Assembly: GCA_963819655.1 (NCBI GenBank)
Contig: CAWFXA010000001.1
Coordinates: 288,001-352,000, forward strand
Length of the DNA stretch: 64,000 nucleotides
Reading direction: 5' to 3'
DNA from: an uncultured Chloroflexia bacterium
GTDB lineage: Bacteria > Chloroflexota > Limnocylindria > Limnocylindrales > CSP1-4
Positions 20,176 through 30,717 of this stretch are shown piece after piece (the stretch's first letter is position 1; every line of letters starts with the position of its first letter). Below the pieces are notes generated by a model, which ran no database searches, had not been told where the DNA came from, and saw only the letters and a list, made by a program, of their open reading frames with translations. A program made the translations under genes and the position numbers.

Positions 20176-21024
20176 GTGACGGCCGTGATCGGCGGTCTGC
20201 TAGCGGCCGCCTGTTTCTCAGCGAGTCTTCTCGCGTCGTCGCGGGCGTCGCGGATGATCGGCGCCCTGCCCACGCTCGGTGGGGTCATGCTGGTGAGCAC
20301 CCTGATCGCGCTGCCCGTCGCGGCCCTGACGATCGGCGAATCACGCCCGACGGCCGATGCCCTGCCCTACCTCCTCATCGCTGGAGCGGGGAATGTCTTT
20401 GGCCTGCTGTTCGAGTACATCGCGCTGCGGTCGGGCAAGGTCGGGCTCGTCGGGGCGCTGGCAGCGGCCGAAGGGGCGGTCTCGGCGGTCCTGTCGGTCA
20501 TCGCGGGGGAAGTCCTGGGCCCGCTGCAGGGACTCGGCGTGGCGGTGGTCGGGATCGGCGTCACCTTCGCGGCTCTGGGTCCCGACCCGGACTCACCGGA
20601 CGCGGGATCGGCACGACGGGCCGTGCTGTTCGGCGCGCTGGCCGGACTGGCGTTCGGGGCGAGCCTCTACGCGACGGGTCGAATCGGGGCGGACCTCGCG
20701 ATCGGCTGGGCGATCCTGCCGCCCCGGATCGTCGGGATGGCTCTGATCGTCATCCCGCTCGCGGCGACGCGACGCCTCTCGATCTCACGGCCGGCCGTGC
20801 CATTCGTGATCGTGGCGGGCGCAGGCGAGGTGGGCGGTTTCCTTGCGTTCGCGTGGGCGGCGCGCGACAGCATTGCCGTGGGTTCCGCCCTGGCCGCCCA
20901 GTTCGCCACGGTCGCGGCGATCGTCGCGTGGCTGGTCTTCGGGGAGCGCCTCGGCCGACTCCAATGGGCCGGCGTTGCCGGCGTCGCGGTCGGCGTGGTG
21001 CTGCTGGCGTTGGGCGCGACCTAG
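20176..21024 (+). CDS. DMT/EamA family transporter
   Basis: About 10 TM in two repeats, ending FGERLGRLQWAG. Confidence 0.88.
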   Translation: MTAVIGGLLAAACFSASLLASSRASRMIGALPTLGGVMLVSTLIALPVAALTIGESRPTADALPYLLIAGAGNVFGLLFEYIALRSGKVGLVGALAAAEGAVSAVLSVIAGEVLGPLQGLGVAVVGIGVTFAALGPDPDSPDAGSARRAVLFGALAGLAFGASLYATGRIGADLAIGWAILPPRIVGMALIVIPLAATRRLSISRPAVPFVIVAGAGEVGGFLAFAWAARDSIAVGSALAAQFATVAAIVAWLVFGERLGRLQWAGVAGVAVGVVLLALGAT

Positions 21025-21052
21025 CGGGTCATCGAGATCACAGGGATCAGAA

Positions 21053-21128
21053 TGGAGCGGGAGACGAGGTTCGAACTCGCGACATGCAGCTTGGAAGGCT
21101 GCCGCTCTGCCAACTGAGCTACTCCCGC
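21053..21128 (-). tRNA. tRNA-Gly (anticodon TCC)
   Basis: GCGGGAGTAGCTCAGTTGGCAGAGCGGCAGCCTTCCAAGCTGCATGTCGCGAGTTCGAACCTCGTCTCCCGCTCCA: 76-nt cloverleaf with encoded CCA. Confidence 0.97.
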
Positions 21129-21178
21129 CCTGAGGTGCCCGCGAAGTCTACCAACAGTCCTGACGCCGCTCCGGCGCG

Positions 21179-21568
21179 TCAGGCCTTGCGCTCGAGGATC
21201 GGCCGCGCGACGTCGGGTTTGTCGACCACGAACGCGAACATCGCACGGTCGCCCCACCGACCCAGGAACAGGTGGCCCTGGATGTTCACACCGGCGTCCG
21301 CGAGCTGGCGCGACAGCCGGGCCATCCCACCGGGCTTGTCATCGACCTCGGTCACCAGCGACTCGCCCTCGATGTACACGTAGCCCATCTCGTCGAGCAC
21401 GCTCTTGGTCGCCTGGTCGTCAGCGGTCGTCATGATGACGTGCCCCGAGTCGCCGATGCTCCCGCCACCGATCGCGCGCAGGTCGACGCCGTGCGTCGCG
21501 AGCGCCTCGGCGAGCGTGGCCATCGCGCCGGGCTCGTTCTTCAGCTGGACCACGAACTGGTTGGCCAT
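21179..21568 (-). CDS. Tandem ACT-domain protein
   Basis: NEPGAMATLAEALATHGVDL and DKPGGMARLSRQLADAGVNI; GGAGG RBS. Confidence 0.88.
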   Translation of the reverse strand: MANQFVVQLKNEPGAMATLAEALATHGVDLRAIGGGSIGDSGHVIMTTADDQATKSVLDEMGYVYIEGESLVTEVDDKPGGMARLSRQLADAGVNIQGHLFLGRWGDRAMFAFVVDKPDVARPILERKA

Positions 21569-21607
21569 GTCGGTGACGGACCTCCGGCGGCGACTGGGGC
21601 GGCAATT

Positions 21608-22365
21608 CTACCCGGCCGTGCCGGGCCGGCTTGCCGCCTCGAGCGCAGCACCCTCCTTGCTTGAGTGGAATACCGGGACCAGGGCGAGTGCCGTGGTGAA
21701 CGCCATGCCCAGGAGTCAGCCGGCGACGACGTCGCTCGGATGGTGCTCGCCGAGGTACACACGGGAGACGCCGATCGCGAAAGGGATGGCGGCGAATCCG
21801 ACGATGACGCGCCGGGACGGTGGCCACAACGGCAACGCGATGAGGAGGCTCGCGACGAGGACCGTCGAGCGGAGCGCGTGGCCGCTCGGGAACGCGTCGA
21901 TGCCCGCGGTCGCGATGCGAGGCGGGTCGATCAGGATCGTGGCCGCGAAGAGTGAGGCGCCGAGCAACGCACCCCTCCGGTACCGCGTGCGCCACAGAAC
22001 GACGACGATCAGGACGGCCAGCGCGGCCCAGATCAGGTCCTCGCTCTCCGGCATCTTCAGCGGGATCTGGAAGCTCGTGGCCGGGCGGGGACGGGCGAAG
22101 GCGGACTTGACGAGGTCCACAGGAAGCCGACCGGGATCATCGTGAAGAATCCGAGCACGTCCGCGACCCCGAGCTCCGAGATCGCGACCATGACCGGATC
22201 GAGGATCCCGCCATGCAGGGTGGCCATCGCTTCGAGCGCAGCCAGGTCGAAGGCTTCCGTGACGCCCGCGCGCACGAGCAGAGCCACGACGACGAAGCCG
22301 GCAAGGGACGTCGCCGCGACGCTGGCGAGTCTCGAGCGGGCCCGATCGTCGTTCAGGAGCGACAT
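21608..22365 (-). pseudogene. PAP2-family phosphatase, disrupted (frameshift near 22120 and TGA at 21716-21718)
   Basis: N-terminus MSLLNDD..FLW in one frame; KSAFARPRP, FPSGH, SRVYLGEHHPSDVVAG*LLG in another; the stop sits at the usual Trp of DVxAGWLLG. Confidence 0.75.
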
Positions 22366-22446
22366 CGGCGGAGTAGACACGCCACCGCCCCCGTTGCTGG
22401 CGGCTCGGCAGCGTCGCGCGCCGGCCCACCTGCTAGGGTCAGCCCG

Positions 22447-23301
22447 ATGACCTCGACCACGCTTCCGCCCCGTGTCGCGGCCGTCCTCGCTGACCCCGAA
22501 CCCGGTGAGCGGATCACGGTCGAGGCGGCCGGCATCCCGTGGTCGGCGCTCGTCTGGGGTGACCCCGCTGCACGCCCGCTTCTGCTGATCCACGGCGTCA
22601 CCTCGTCGGCGGCCATCTGGTGGCGGATCGGTCCTGCCCTCGCGGCCACCGGGCGGCGCATCGTCGCGGTCGACCAGGCGGGTCACGGTCGGACCGGGCA
22701 CTGGACAGGCCACGTCAGGTTCCGGGACAACGCCGCCGACCTCGCCGCCTTCGCGCGGGCTGCCAGTCTCGCGACGGCCGACCTCCAGATCGTCGGGCAC
22801 AGCTGGGGAGCCGTCACGGCCGCCGCACTACCGGCGGTCGGCCTCCGGCCCGTGACGCTCATCCTGATCGACCCACCGGTCCTGCCGCTTGCGCTGATCT
22901 CGCTCGAGGCGTCCGATCCCGCGCAGCGCACCTACGACGACCTCGACGAAGCGGTGGCCGCGATCCGTGCCGCCGAGCCCGCCTGGTCCGACCGCGACAT
23001 CCGCGCCAAGGCCGAGGCCCTGACCGATCTCGACGAGGCGGCGGCCCGGGCGGTGCTGACCGAGAACGGCGATTGGGACGGCGGCCTCGCCGAGCTGCGT
23101 GACCCGGCGGCCGCCGGCATCGACACCTGGGTCATCCGCGGTGAGCCTGCGACCGGTGGCTACGTCAGTGCCGAGGCCGCCGCCGCGTTCGAGGCGGTCA
23201 TCGGGGCCGGCCACGTCATCACGATCCCGGGTGGGTCCCACTCGCCCCAACGGCTCCACCCGGCCGAGACCACGGCGGCGCTGTTCCGGGCCCTGGGCTG
23301 A
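22447..23301 (+). CDS. Alpha/beta fold hydrolase
   Basis: LLIHG, DQAGHG, GHSWG nucleophile elbow, GSHSP. Confidence 0.9.
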   Translation: MTSTTLPPRVAAVLADPEPGERITVEAAGIPWSALVWGDPAARPLLLIHGVTSSAAIWWRIGPALAATGRRIVAVDQAGHGRTGHWTGHVRFRDNAADLAAFARAASLATADLQIVGHSWGAVTAAALPAVGLRPVTLILIDPPVLPLALISLEASDPAQRTYDDLDEAVAAIRAAEPAWSDRDIRAKAEALTDLDEAAARAVLTENGDWDGGLAELRDPAAAGIDTWVIRGEPATGGYVSAEAAAAFEAVIGAGHVITIPGGSHSPQRLHPAETTAALFRALG

Positions 23302-23302
23302 C

Positions 23303-24790
23303 TCAGGCGCCGCGACGGATCTCCGCGGCTCGCTGGTAGGCGTCGAGATACTTGGGTGCGGACCCCGTCGTCCAGTCGAAGTCGACAGCCATCCCGCGGT
23401 CGATGAGCCGGTCCCACACGGTCCCCCGTCGCTCCCGGAGCGCGAACGCGGCCTCGCACGCCGCGATCAACGCCCCGACCGTGGGTTCGCCGAAGACGAA
23501 GCCTGTGCCGGCGCCCGGCTGACGCGTCACGTCGATCACCGTGTCGGCCAGGCCGCCGGTCCGGTGGACGATCGGTGGCGTTCCGTAGCGGAGCGCGATC
23601 ATCTGTCCCTGCCCGCACGGCTCGAAGCGCGATGGCATCGCGAAGAAGTCGGCGCCGGCATAGATCCGACGCGCCATCTCGCGGTCGAACCGCTCGATGA
23701 AGGCGACCCTGCCGGGCGACTCCTCGGCCAGAGCCCGGAACGGGTCGGCGAGCGACGCGTGCCCCGAACCCTGGACGATCAGCCGCGCCCCTCGCGCGAG
23801 CAACGCCGGCGCGGCGCCGGCCAGCAGGTCGAAGCCCTTCTGCGGATCGAGCCGCCCGATCATGCCGATCACCGGCCCGGTATCGGCGGGGTCCATCCCG
23901 TTGCGGGTCAGCAGGTCGGCCCGGCAGACCATCTTGCCGGCAGGGTCACGACGCGAGTACGGCGCCGCCAGGACAGGGTCGTTGTCCGGGTCCCAGAGCG
24001 CGGTGTCGAGCCCGTTGAGGATGCCCAGGAAGCGGTCGCCGCGGGATCGGAGCAGCCCGTCGAGCCCCATGCCTAAGGCGGGCGTCAGGACCTCCGCCGC
24101 GTAGCCGGGTGACACGGTGTTGACGATCTCGGCGACCTCGATGCCGGCCGCCAGCAGGTCGATGCCATCGGCATTCTGACCCGGCGCCCGCCCCCCGGGT
24201 TGGAGCCCGAGCTGGGGCAGGTCCGCGTTCGGCGTCCAGCCGTGGTAGGCCAGGTTGTGGAGCGTCATGACAAGCGCCGCCCGGCCGATGATCGGGTCGT
24301 CGCGGTAGAGGCGGTCGCGGAATACCGCCGCAGGTCCTGCTTGCCAATCGTGCAGGTGGAGCACGTCGATCCGGCGTCCCTCGCCGCGCAACGTCTCCAG
24401 CGCGGCCCGCGCGAACAACCCGAAGCGCCACGCGTTGTCGGCGTAGTCCCCCGCGTCGTCGCCGTAGAACCCGTCCCTGTCGAACGCCGGCGGGTGATCG
24501 ACCAGCCGCAGCCGATAGCCGTCGGCTGCGACGTCGACGATCGTGACCGACGTCGAACCGGCGCGTGCGCGGGGATCCGGCACGGCGACGACCGTCTCGG
24601 TCAAGATCGCGTCGGGCCGCGGCTCCGGCACGCCCCGATAGCGCGGCAGGAAGACGTCGACCGGCATCTCGGCGGCTTCGTCGGGCACCCGGCCGATGGC
24701 GCGCGCGAGCGCATCGACCACGTCGGCCAGGCCTCCGGTCTTGGCCCACGGCTCGCATTCGGCTGACAGGAAGGCGACCCGGAGTCCCAC
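23303..24790 (-). CDS. glgA: Glycogen synthase
   Basis: KTGGLADV, HLHDWQ, HNLAYHG, TVSPGYA, GILNG, RLDPQKG, PSRFEPCG. Confidence 0.95.
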   Translation of the reverse strand: MGLRVAFLSAECEPWAKTGGLADVVDALARAIGRVPDEAAEMPVDVFLPRYRGVPEPRPDAILTETVVAVPDPRARAGSTSVTIVDVAADGYRLRLVDHPPAFDRDGFYGDDAGDYADNAWRFGLFARAALETLRGEGRRIDVLHLHDWQAGPAAVFRDRLYRDDPIIGRAALVMTLHNLAYHGWTPNADLPQLGLQPGGRAPGQNADGIDLLAAGIEVAEIVNTVSPGYAAEVLTPALGMGLDGLLRSRGDRFLGILNGLDTALWDPDNDPVLAAPYSRRDPAGKMVCRADLLTRNGMDPADTGPVIGMIGRLDPQKGFDLLAGAAPALLARGARLIVQGSGHASLADPFRALAEESPGRVAFIERFDREMARRIYAGADFFAMPSRFEPCGQGQMIALRYGTPPIVHRTGGLADTVIDVTRQPGAGTGFVFGEPTVGALIAACEAAFALRERRGTVWDRLIDRGMAVDFDWTTGSAPKYLDAYQRAAEIRRGA

Positions 24791-24885
24791 GCCAGCATGG
24801 TAGTCGCGACACTGCGCGTCCGGACCGTCCCGAGGGCTCGGCCAAACGGTTTGACGCGATCGGTCACCCGGTATCATGCGCGCGC

Positions 24886-27066
24886 ATGGACCCGGTCTCC
24901 ATCCCCTCCATCCCGGCCGCCTCATTCCCGCTGCCGCCGCGGTTGGAGGGCCTCCGGCGCCTCGCCTACAACCTCCATTGGGCGTGGAGCCCGAAGACGC
25001 GCAACCTGTGGAGCCTCATCGACCGGACGGCCTGGAACCGCTACCGCAATCCGGTCCCGGTCATCAGCGGCCCGACCGAATGGTCGCGGCTCCTCGACGA
25101 CGAGAAGTTCCTCGCCGAGTACCAGGACGTCCTGGCCGACTTCGATCGGTATATGGCCGACGGCACGGGTCACTGGTTCCAGCAGAAGCACGGCGACAAG
25201 CTCGGCGGACCGATCGCCTACTTCTGCGCCGAGTACGGCATCCACGAATCGCTCGGCATCTACTCGGGCGGCTTGGGGGTCCTCGCCGGCGACCATATGA
25301 AGTCGGCAAGCGACATGGCACTGCCGTTCGTCGGAGTCGGACTGCTCTACCGCAAGGGCTACTTCCGGCAGTCGATCGACGCGGACGGGCACCAGGAGCA
25401 CAACTACCCCGACTACGACCTGAGCCGCCTGCCGCTCGCGCGCGTCCAGGACGCGAACGGCCTGCCGCTGACAGTCAACGTCGAGCTGCCCGGCCGCGAC
25501 CTGTCGGTCGCGGTGTGGCTCGCGCAGGTCGGCCGGGTCCCCGTGCTTCTGCTCGACACCGACGTCGCGGACAACGCGGTCGAGGACCGGCCGATCACCC
25601 ACATCCTGTACGTCCGCGGACGCGAGATGCGGCTGCACCAGGAGATCGTGCTGGGCATCGGCGGGGTGCGCGCCATCCGGGCCCTGGGGCTCGCGCCGGA
25701 CGTGTGGCATCTCAACGAGGGCCACTCGGCACTCCTGCTCGCCGAGCGCGCCCGCGAGTTCGTCGCCGAGGGCCTGCCACTGGACGCGGCGTGGGCACGC
25801 GTCAAGCGTGACGCGGTGTTCACGATCCACACGCCGGTCTCCGCCGGCAACGAGCGCTTCGAGTCCGACCTCGTTCGTCGTGTCGCCGGCCCCCTCCTCG
25901 ACGCGGGCAAGGTCCCGGTCGAGCGCGTCCTCGAGCTCGGGCTGGGCACGGACGGCGACCGAGGACAATTCGACATGACAGCGTTCAGCCTGCGATTGAC
26001 GAACGGCGCGAACGCCGTAAGCAAGCTCCACGCGCACACCGCCAACAGCACCTGGCGGGGCGTCGTGGAGCACGAGATCCTGGCGGTGACCAACGGGGTC
26101 CACGGACCGACCTGGGTCGGCTCCCCGGTCGTGGAGCTGCTGTCGCGTCACCTGGGCGCCGACCTCGACAAGCTCGATGCCGGCGCTCGCCAGGACCGGT
26201 TCTGGGAGCGACTCGGCCGGATCCCGACCGACGAGCTGTGGGAGGCGCACCTCCGCCAGAAGCGCGAGCTGGAGATCTTCGTCCACGGCCGGCTACGGAA
26301 CCAGTTCTCCCGGCACGGCGAGTCGCCGTCGGTCCTCGCCGAGGTCGAGTCGATCCTCGATCCGAGGATCCTGACGATCGGCTTCGCCCGGCGCTTCGCG
26401 ACCTACAAGCGGGCAGGCCTGCTGTTCAGCGACATGGACCGCCTCGCGCGCCTGCTGTGGAACGCCGAGCGTCCCGTGCAGGTCATCTTCGCCGGCAAGG
26501 CCCATCCCGCGGACCGGCCCGGCCAGAAGGTCATCCAGGAGATCTTCCAGTACTCACGCTCGCCGAAGCTGCGCGGCCGGGTGTTCATCCTCGAGGACTA
26601 CGACATGCGCGTCGGGCGGTTCCTCGTGCAGGGCGTCGACGCGTGGCTCAACAACCCGCGCCGACCGCTCGAGGCGTCCGGGACATCCGGCATGAAGGCG
26701 GCGCAGAACGGCGTCCCCAACATCAGCGTGCTCGATGGCTGGTGGGACGAGGGCTACCAGGGCGACAACGGCTGGGCGATCGGCGGTCGGGAGACGATTG
26801 CCGACGAGGCCGCCCAGGACTGGTCCGACGCCGAGGACCTCTACCGGCTGCTCGAGGAGGAACTCGTCCCTGCCTACTACGACCGGGACAAGGCCGGCAT
26901 CCCCCTTCGCTGGGTCGAGACGATGCGCCGTGCCATGGCCACCTCGCTGTGGCAGTTCTCGACGACCCGCATGCTCGAGGAGTACACCGAAGGGCTGTAC
27001 CTGCCGGCGGCCGGGGTCGAGGTCAAGGTCGTGGTGCATGAGCCGGTCGTGACCGAGGCCGGCTGA
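24886..27066 (+). CDS. glgP: Alpha-glucan (glycogen) phosphorylase
   Basis: YSGGLGVLAGDH, HLNEGH, FARRFATYKRA, EASGTSGMKA. Confidence 0.95.
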   Translation: MDPVSIPSIPAASFPLPPRLEGLRRLAYNLHWAWSPKTRNLWSLIDRTAWNRYRNPVPVISGPTEWSRLLDDEKFLAEYQDVLADFDRYMADGTGHWFQQKHGDKLGGPIAYFCAEYGIHESLGIYSGGLGVLAGDHMKSASDMALPFVGVGLLYRKGYFRQSIDADGHQEHNYPDYDLSRLPLARVQDANGLPLTVNVELPGRDLSVAVWLAQVGRVPVLLLDTDVADNAVEDRPITHILYVRGREMRLHQEIVLGIGGVRAIRALGLAPDVWHLNEGHSALLLAERAREFVAEGLPLDAAWARVKRDAVFTIHTPVSAGNERFESDLVRRVAGPLLDAGKVPVERVLELGLGTDGDRGQFDMTAFSLRLTNGANAVSKLHAHTANSTWRGVVEHEILAVTNGVHGPTWVGSPVVELLSRHLGADLDKLDAGARQDRFWERLGRIPTDELWEAHLRQKRELEIFVHGRLRNQFSRHGESPSVLAEVESILDPRILTIGFARRFATYKRAGLLFSDMDRLARLLWNAERPVQVIFAGKAHPADRPGQKVIQEIFQYSRSPKLRGRVFILEDYDMRVGRFLVQGVDAWLNNPRRPLEASGTSGMKAAQNGVPNISVLDGWWDEGYQGDNGWAIGGRETIADEAAQDWSDAEDLYRLLEEELVPAYYDRDKAGIPLRWVETMRRAMATSLWQFSTTRMLEEYTEGLYLPAAGVEVKVVVHEPVVTEAG

Positions 27067-27069
27067 GCC

Positions 27070-29214
27070 GTGCCGCCCAGGATCTCGCTGGCCCTGGCGC
27101 TCCACAACCACCAGCCGGTCGGCAACTTCGGATGGGTCTTCGCGGAGGTCTACGAGCAGGCCTACCAGCCGATGATCGCCGCGCTCGAGAGCCACCCGAC
27201 CGTGCGGATGTCGCTGCATTACACAGGCCCGCTGCTCGAGTGGCTCATCGCCGAACGCGGCGAGGCGGTGGCCCGCCTGCGCGCGCTCGTGGACCGCGGT
27301 CAGGTCGAGATGCTGGGCGGCGGCTATTACGAGCCGGTTCTCGCGTCGCTCCCCGAACGTGACCGGATCGGTCAGCTGCAACGGATGACGGCCGAGGTCG
27401 AGCGCTCCTTCGGTACCCGACCGAGGGGCGCGTGGCTGGCCGAGCGTGTGTGGGAGCCCGACGTGCCGACATCGCTCGTGGCCGCAGGCTACGACTGGAC
27501 GATCCTCGACGACGCGCACTTCCGCGCCGCAGCCATCCCGGAGGACGATCTCTGGGGGCCGTACACGACCGAGGACCAGGGTCACCTGCTCCGGGTGTTC
27601 GGGACGGAGCAGGGCCTGCGCTACCGGATCCCGTTCCGCGAGGTCGACGAGGTCATCGACTACCTGCGCTCGCATGCGACCGACGCCGGCGACCGGATCG
27701 GGATGATGGGCGACGACGGTGAGAAGTTCGGAGCGTGGCCCACGACCTGGGAGCACTGCTGGGGCAAGAAACGCTGGGTGGAGCGCTTCTTCGAGGCGCT
27801 CGAGTCGAACGTCGACTGGCTCACGACCACGACCCCGTCCGCCTGGCTCGCCGACCACCCGCCGATCGGCCGGGTCTACGTCCCGACGGGCTCATATGCC
27901 GAGATGGGACACTGGGCGCTGCCGCCCGACGAGGGCATCGTCTTCGGCGACGTGCTCCATCGCGCACAGGAGGAGGGCCGACCCGAAGCGCGCTGGCTGC
28001 GCGGCGCCTCCTGGCGCAACTTCCAGGTCAAGTACCGCGAGATCAACGACCTGCACAAGCGGATGCTGCGGGTCTCGGCCGCTGTCGCTGCGATGCCACA
28101 CGGTCCGGCCCAGGAGCAGGCGCTCGACCACCTCTACCGGGGCCAATCGAACGACTGCTACTGGCACGGGCTGTTCGGCGGGATCTACATCAGCCACATG
28201 CGGCTCGCCACGTACGAACACCTGATCGCCGCCGAGGATCTCGCGGAAACGGCCGGCGGCTCGCTCGTGACGGCGTCGCTGCGGGATCTCGACATGGACG
28301 GGATCGACGAGGTCCTGCTCACCGACGAGGGCCAGGTCGTCACGATCGACCTCGACGGCGGAGCGGGCATCGGCGGCTGGGACATCCGCCCGGTCCGACA
28401 CGCGCTCGCAGCCGTCATGCGTCGGCGGCCGGAGGCCTATCACGAGGCGATCCGGTTCCTCGATGAGGGTGACGATGCAGCGGCGCCCGCCACCGGTGAC
28501 GCCAGCATCCCAGCCTCCATCCATGACGTCGTGCGAATCAGGGAGAAGGGTCTCGCCACGCACCTGGTCTACGACGCCTATGAGCGACGATCCGGACTCA
28601 TCCGCTGCCTCGCGACTGACGCGACCCCCGCGGACTGGGCGATGGCCCGGGCGATCGAGCTCGGGGATGTCGTTGACGGCGCCTTCGCGGTCGAGCAACT
28701 TGGGACCGGCCGCCTCGTCACGCGACGCGACGCGACGATCGCGGGTGCGACCATCCGCGTCGTGAAGACGCTGACTCTCGGTGGCGACCGGCGTGCACCG
28801 ACATTGACCGAGCAGGTGGACCTGGAGCACCTCGATGGCCCGGAGGTCGAGAGCCGCGTCGGCATCGAATGGGCGCTGACGATGCTGGGCGGCGGCGGGA
28901 ACCCGGCGGCGTGGTGGGACGTCGGCGGTGAGCGGACCGGGCACGATACGAGGGGCACCGCCGCCGACCTGTCGACGATCGCCCAGGGCAATGAATACAT
29001 CGGGGTATCCGTGACGACGACGACCAGCCCAGCCGACGCGTGGTGGGCGCCCATCGAGACGGTCTCCAACTCGGAGGCCGGGTTCGAGCGCGTGTACCAG
29101 GGCAGCGCGCTACTCCTCTCGTGGCCCGTCCGGCTGGCAGCGGGCGAGCGCTGGACGCGGACGATCGTGAATACGGTCGCCACGGCCCGGGACCGGGCAG
29201 AGGAGGACGAGTGA
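27070..29214 (+). CDS. GH57 alpha-amylase/4-alpha-glucanotransferase
   Basis: HNHQP, WLAERVWEP, GDDGEKFG, QSNDCYWHG, SNSEAGFERVYQG. Confidence 0.92.
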   Translation: MPPRISLALALHNHQPVGNFGWVFAEVYEQAYQPMIAALESHPTVRMSLHYTGPLLEWLIAERGEAVARLRALVDRGQVEMLGGGYYEPVLASLPERDRIGQLQRMTAEVERSFGTRPRGAWLAERVWEPDVPTSLVAAGYDWTILDDAHFRAAAIPEDDLWGPYTTEDQGHLLRVFGTEQGLRYRIPFREVDEVIDYLRSHATDAGDRIGMMGDDGEKFGAWPTTWEHCWGKKRWVERFFEALESNVDWLTTTTPSAWLADHPPIGRVYVPTGSYAEMGHWALPPDEGIVFGDVLHRAQEEGRPEARWLRGASWRNFQVKYREINDLHKRMLRVSAAVAAMPHGPAQEQALDHLYRGQSNDCYWHGLFGGIYISHMRLATYEHLIAAEDLAETAGGSLVTASLRDLDMDGIDEVLLTDEGQVVTIDLDGGAGIGGWDIRPVRHALAAVMRRRPEAYHEAIRFLDEGDDAAAPATGDASIPASIHDVVRIREKGLATHLVYDAYERRSGLIRCLATDATPADWAMARAIELGDVVDGAFAVEQLGTGRLVTRRDATIAGATIRVVKTLTLGGDRRAPTLTEQVDLEHLDGPEVESRVGIEWALTMLGGGGNPAAWWDVGGERTGHDTRGTAADLSTIAQGNEYIGVSVTTTTSPADAWWAPIETVSNSEAGFERVYQGSALLLSWPVRLAAGERWTRTIVNTVATARDRAEEDE

Positions 29215-30653
29215 CTCGTCCCTCGCTCGTCGTCCACGGCCATTTCTATCAGCCGCCCCGTTTGGACCCGTTCACCGGCATCATGCCGCTGGACCCGACG
29301 GCGGCGCCGGCTCACGACTGGAACGAACGGATCAGCGCCGACTGCTACCGACCGAACGCCGAGCTCGGCAATCTCGCCGCGATCTCGTGGGACCTGGGGC
29401 CGACACTGGCCGGCTGGCTCGAGCACGGCGACCCGATCGCCTATCGCGGGTTCGCCGAGGGCGATGCGGGCGCCCGGGGGATGGCCCAGCCCTTCCATCA
29501 CACGATCCTGCCGCTGGCGTCGGCGGCGGATCGGCGCACCGAGGTCCGTTGGGGCCTGCGCGACTTCGAGGTCCGCTTCGGCCGCCGGCCGGCGGGCATG
29601 TGGCTGCCCGAGACGGCGGCCGACCTGGCGACCCTCCGGCTGCTGGCGGACGAGGGTATCGACCACACGATCCTTGCGCCCTGGCAGATCGACGGCGGAT
29701 CGTTCCTCGATACCAGGCGTCCGGTCCGCCTGGATCTCGGCGACGGCCGGTCGATCGTCGCGGTCATCTACGACGGGCTCCTGTCGGCAGCGGTGTCGTT
29801 CGAGGCGATCTCGACGGTCGATGCGGATGCCTTCGTGCGCGACCGCCTCATCCCGCGCTTCCATGAGCCGCCGACCGACGACGCGGCATCGCCGCTGGTC
29901 GTGATCGCGACGGACGGGGAGCTGTACGGCCATCACCGGCCTGACCGCGAGCATTTCACGGCCCGCTTGGTCGGGCGATCGGCACCACCCGACCTGCCGT
30001 TCGCGACGCCCTCGCTGGGCGACGCGGTGGCCCAGGCCGAGGCGCGCGGTCTCGCGCTGCGTGCCTTGCGCGAACAGACGTCGTGGAGCTGTCATCACGG
30101 CATCAGCCGCTGGTCGTCGACCTGCGACTGCACCGTCGATGGGACCTGGAAAGCGCCCTTGCGTTCGGCCTTGGAGCGGTTGGCCGGTGGGATCGATGCG
30201 GCCACGGAGCAGCTGGCGGCGCGCCTGCCGGGCGCACCCGATCCGTGGGCGGCGCGCGATGCCTACGTCGACGTCGTGATCGGCGCGGAGTCGCCGGAGT
30301 CGTTCGCCGACGCCAGGCTCGACCGCGGCGCCACGCCGGATGACCGGAGTCGCCTGCACCGGCTCATGGAAGCCCAGCGCTGGCGTCTCGCGATGTTCGC
30401 GAGCTGCGCCTGGTTCTGGGAGTCGCCCGACCGCATCGAGACCGCCGGCGCGCTGCGTGCCGCGGTCAGGGCGGCGCGCCTCGTCGATGAGCTCGCGGGC
30501 ACCGATCTCGAGTCGCGCCTCTGCGCCGATGTCGGCCTGCTCGTCGGGAACGGTCACGGGGGCGTCGAGCTGCTTCGCCAGGCCCTGATCGCCGTCGGCG
30601 CACCCGATCGCCTCGAGAATCCGTCAGCCCGCGGCCTGCGCGCCACGGGCTGA
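29211..30653 (+). CDS. GH57-family protein (DUF3536 type)
   Basis: HGHFYQPPR, HTILPL, GMWLPETA, ATDGELYGHH, SWSCHHG, MFASCAWF; GTGA overlap. Confidence 0.88.
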   Translation: MTRPSLVVHGHFYQPPRLDPFTGIMPLDPTAAPAHDWNERISADCYRPNAELGNLAAISWDLGPTLAGWLEHGDPIAYRGFAEGDAGARGMAQPFHHTILPLASAADRRTEVRWGLRDFEVRFGRRPAGMWLPETAADLATLRLLADEGIDHTILAPWQIDGGSFLDTRRPVRLDLGDGRSIVAVIYDGLLSAAVSFEAISTVDADAFVRDRLIPRFHEPPTDDAASPLVVIATDGELYGHHRPDREHFTARLVGRSAPPDLPFATPSLGDAVAQAEARGLALRALREQTSWSCHHGISRWSSTCDCTVDGTWKAPLRSALERLAGGIDAATEQLAARLPGAPDPWAARDAYVDVVIGAESPESFADARLDRGATPDDRSRLHRLMEAQRWRLAMFASCAWFWESPDRIETAGALRAAVRAARLVDELAGTDLESRLCADVGLLVGNGHGGVELLRQALIAVGAPDRLENPSARGLRATG

Positions 30654-30663
30654 CGAGGAGGTA

Positions 30664-30717
30664 TTGCTATAGTCGGTTAGGCCAAGGCAGCATATTTGGA
30701 CTACCAGACTATGTCAA
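30664..30717 (+). promoter_or_regulatory. Extended -10 promoter and paired inverted 22-bp operator sites upstream of GntR
   Basis: TGcTATAGT; sites 30664-30685 and 30696-30717 match at 17/22 positions as reverse complements; AT-rich island. Confidence 0.6.

Noticed and set aside
21053-21128. tRNA as an integration site of a genomic island
   Set aside because: No integrase was seen and I found no duplicated tRNA 3' end in the window.
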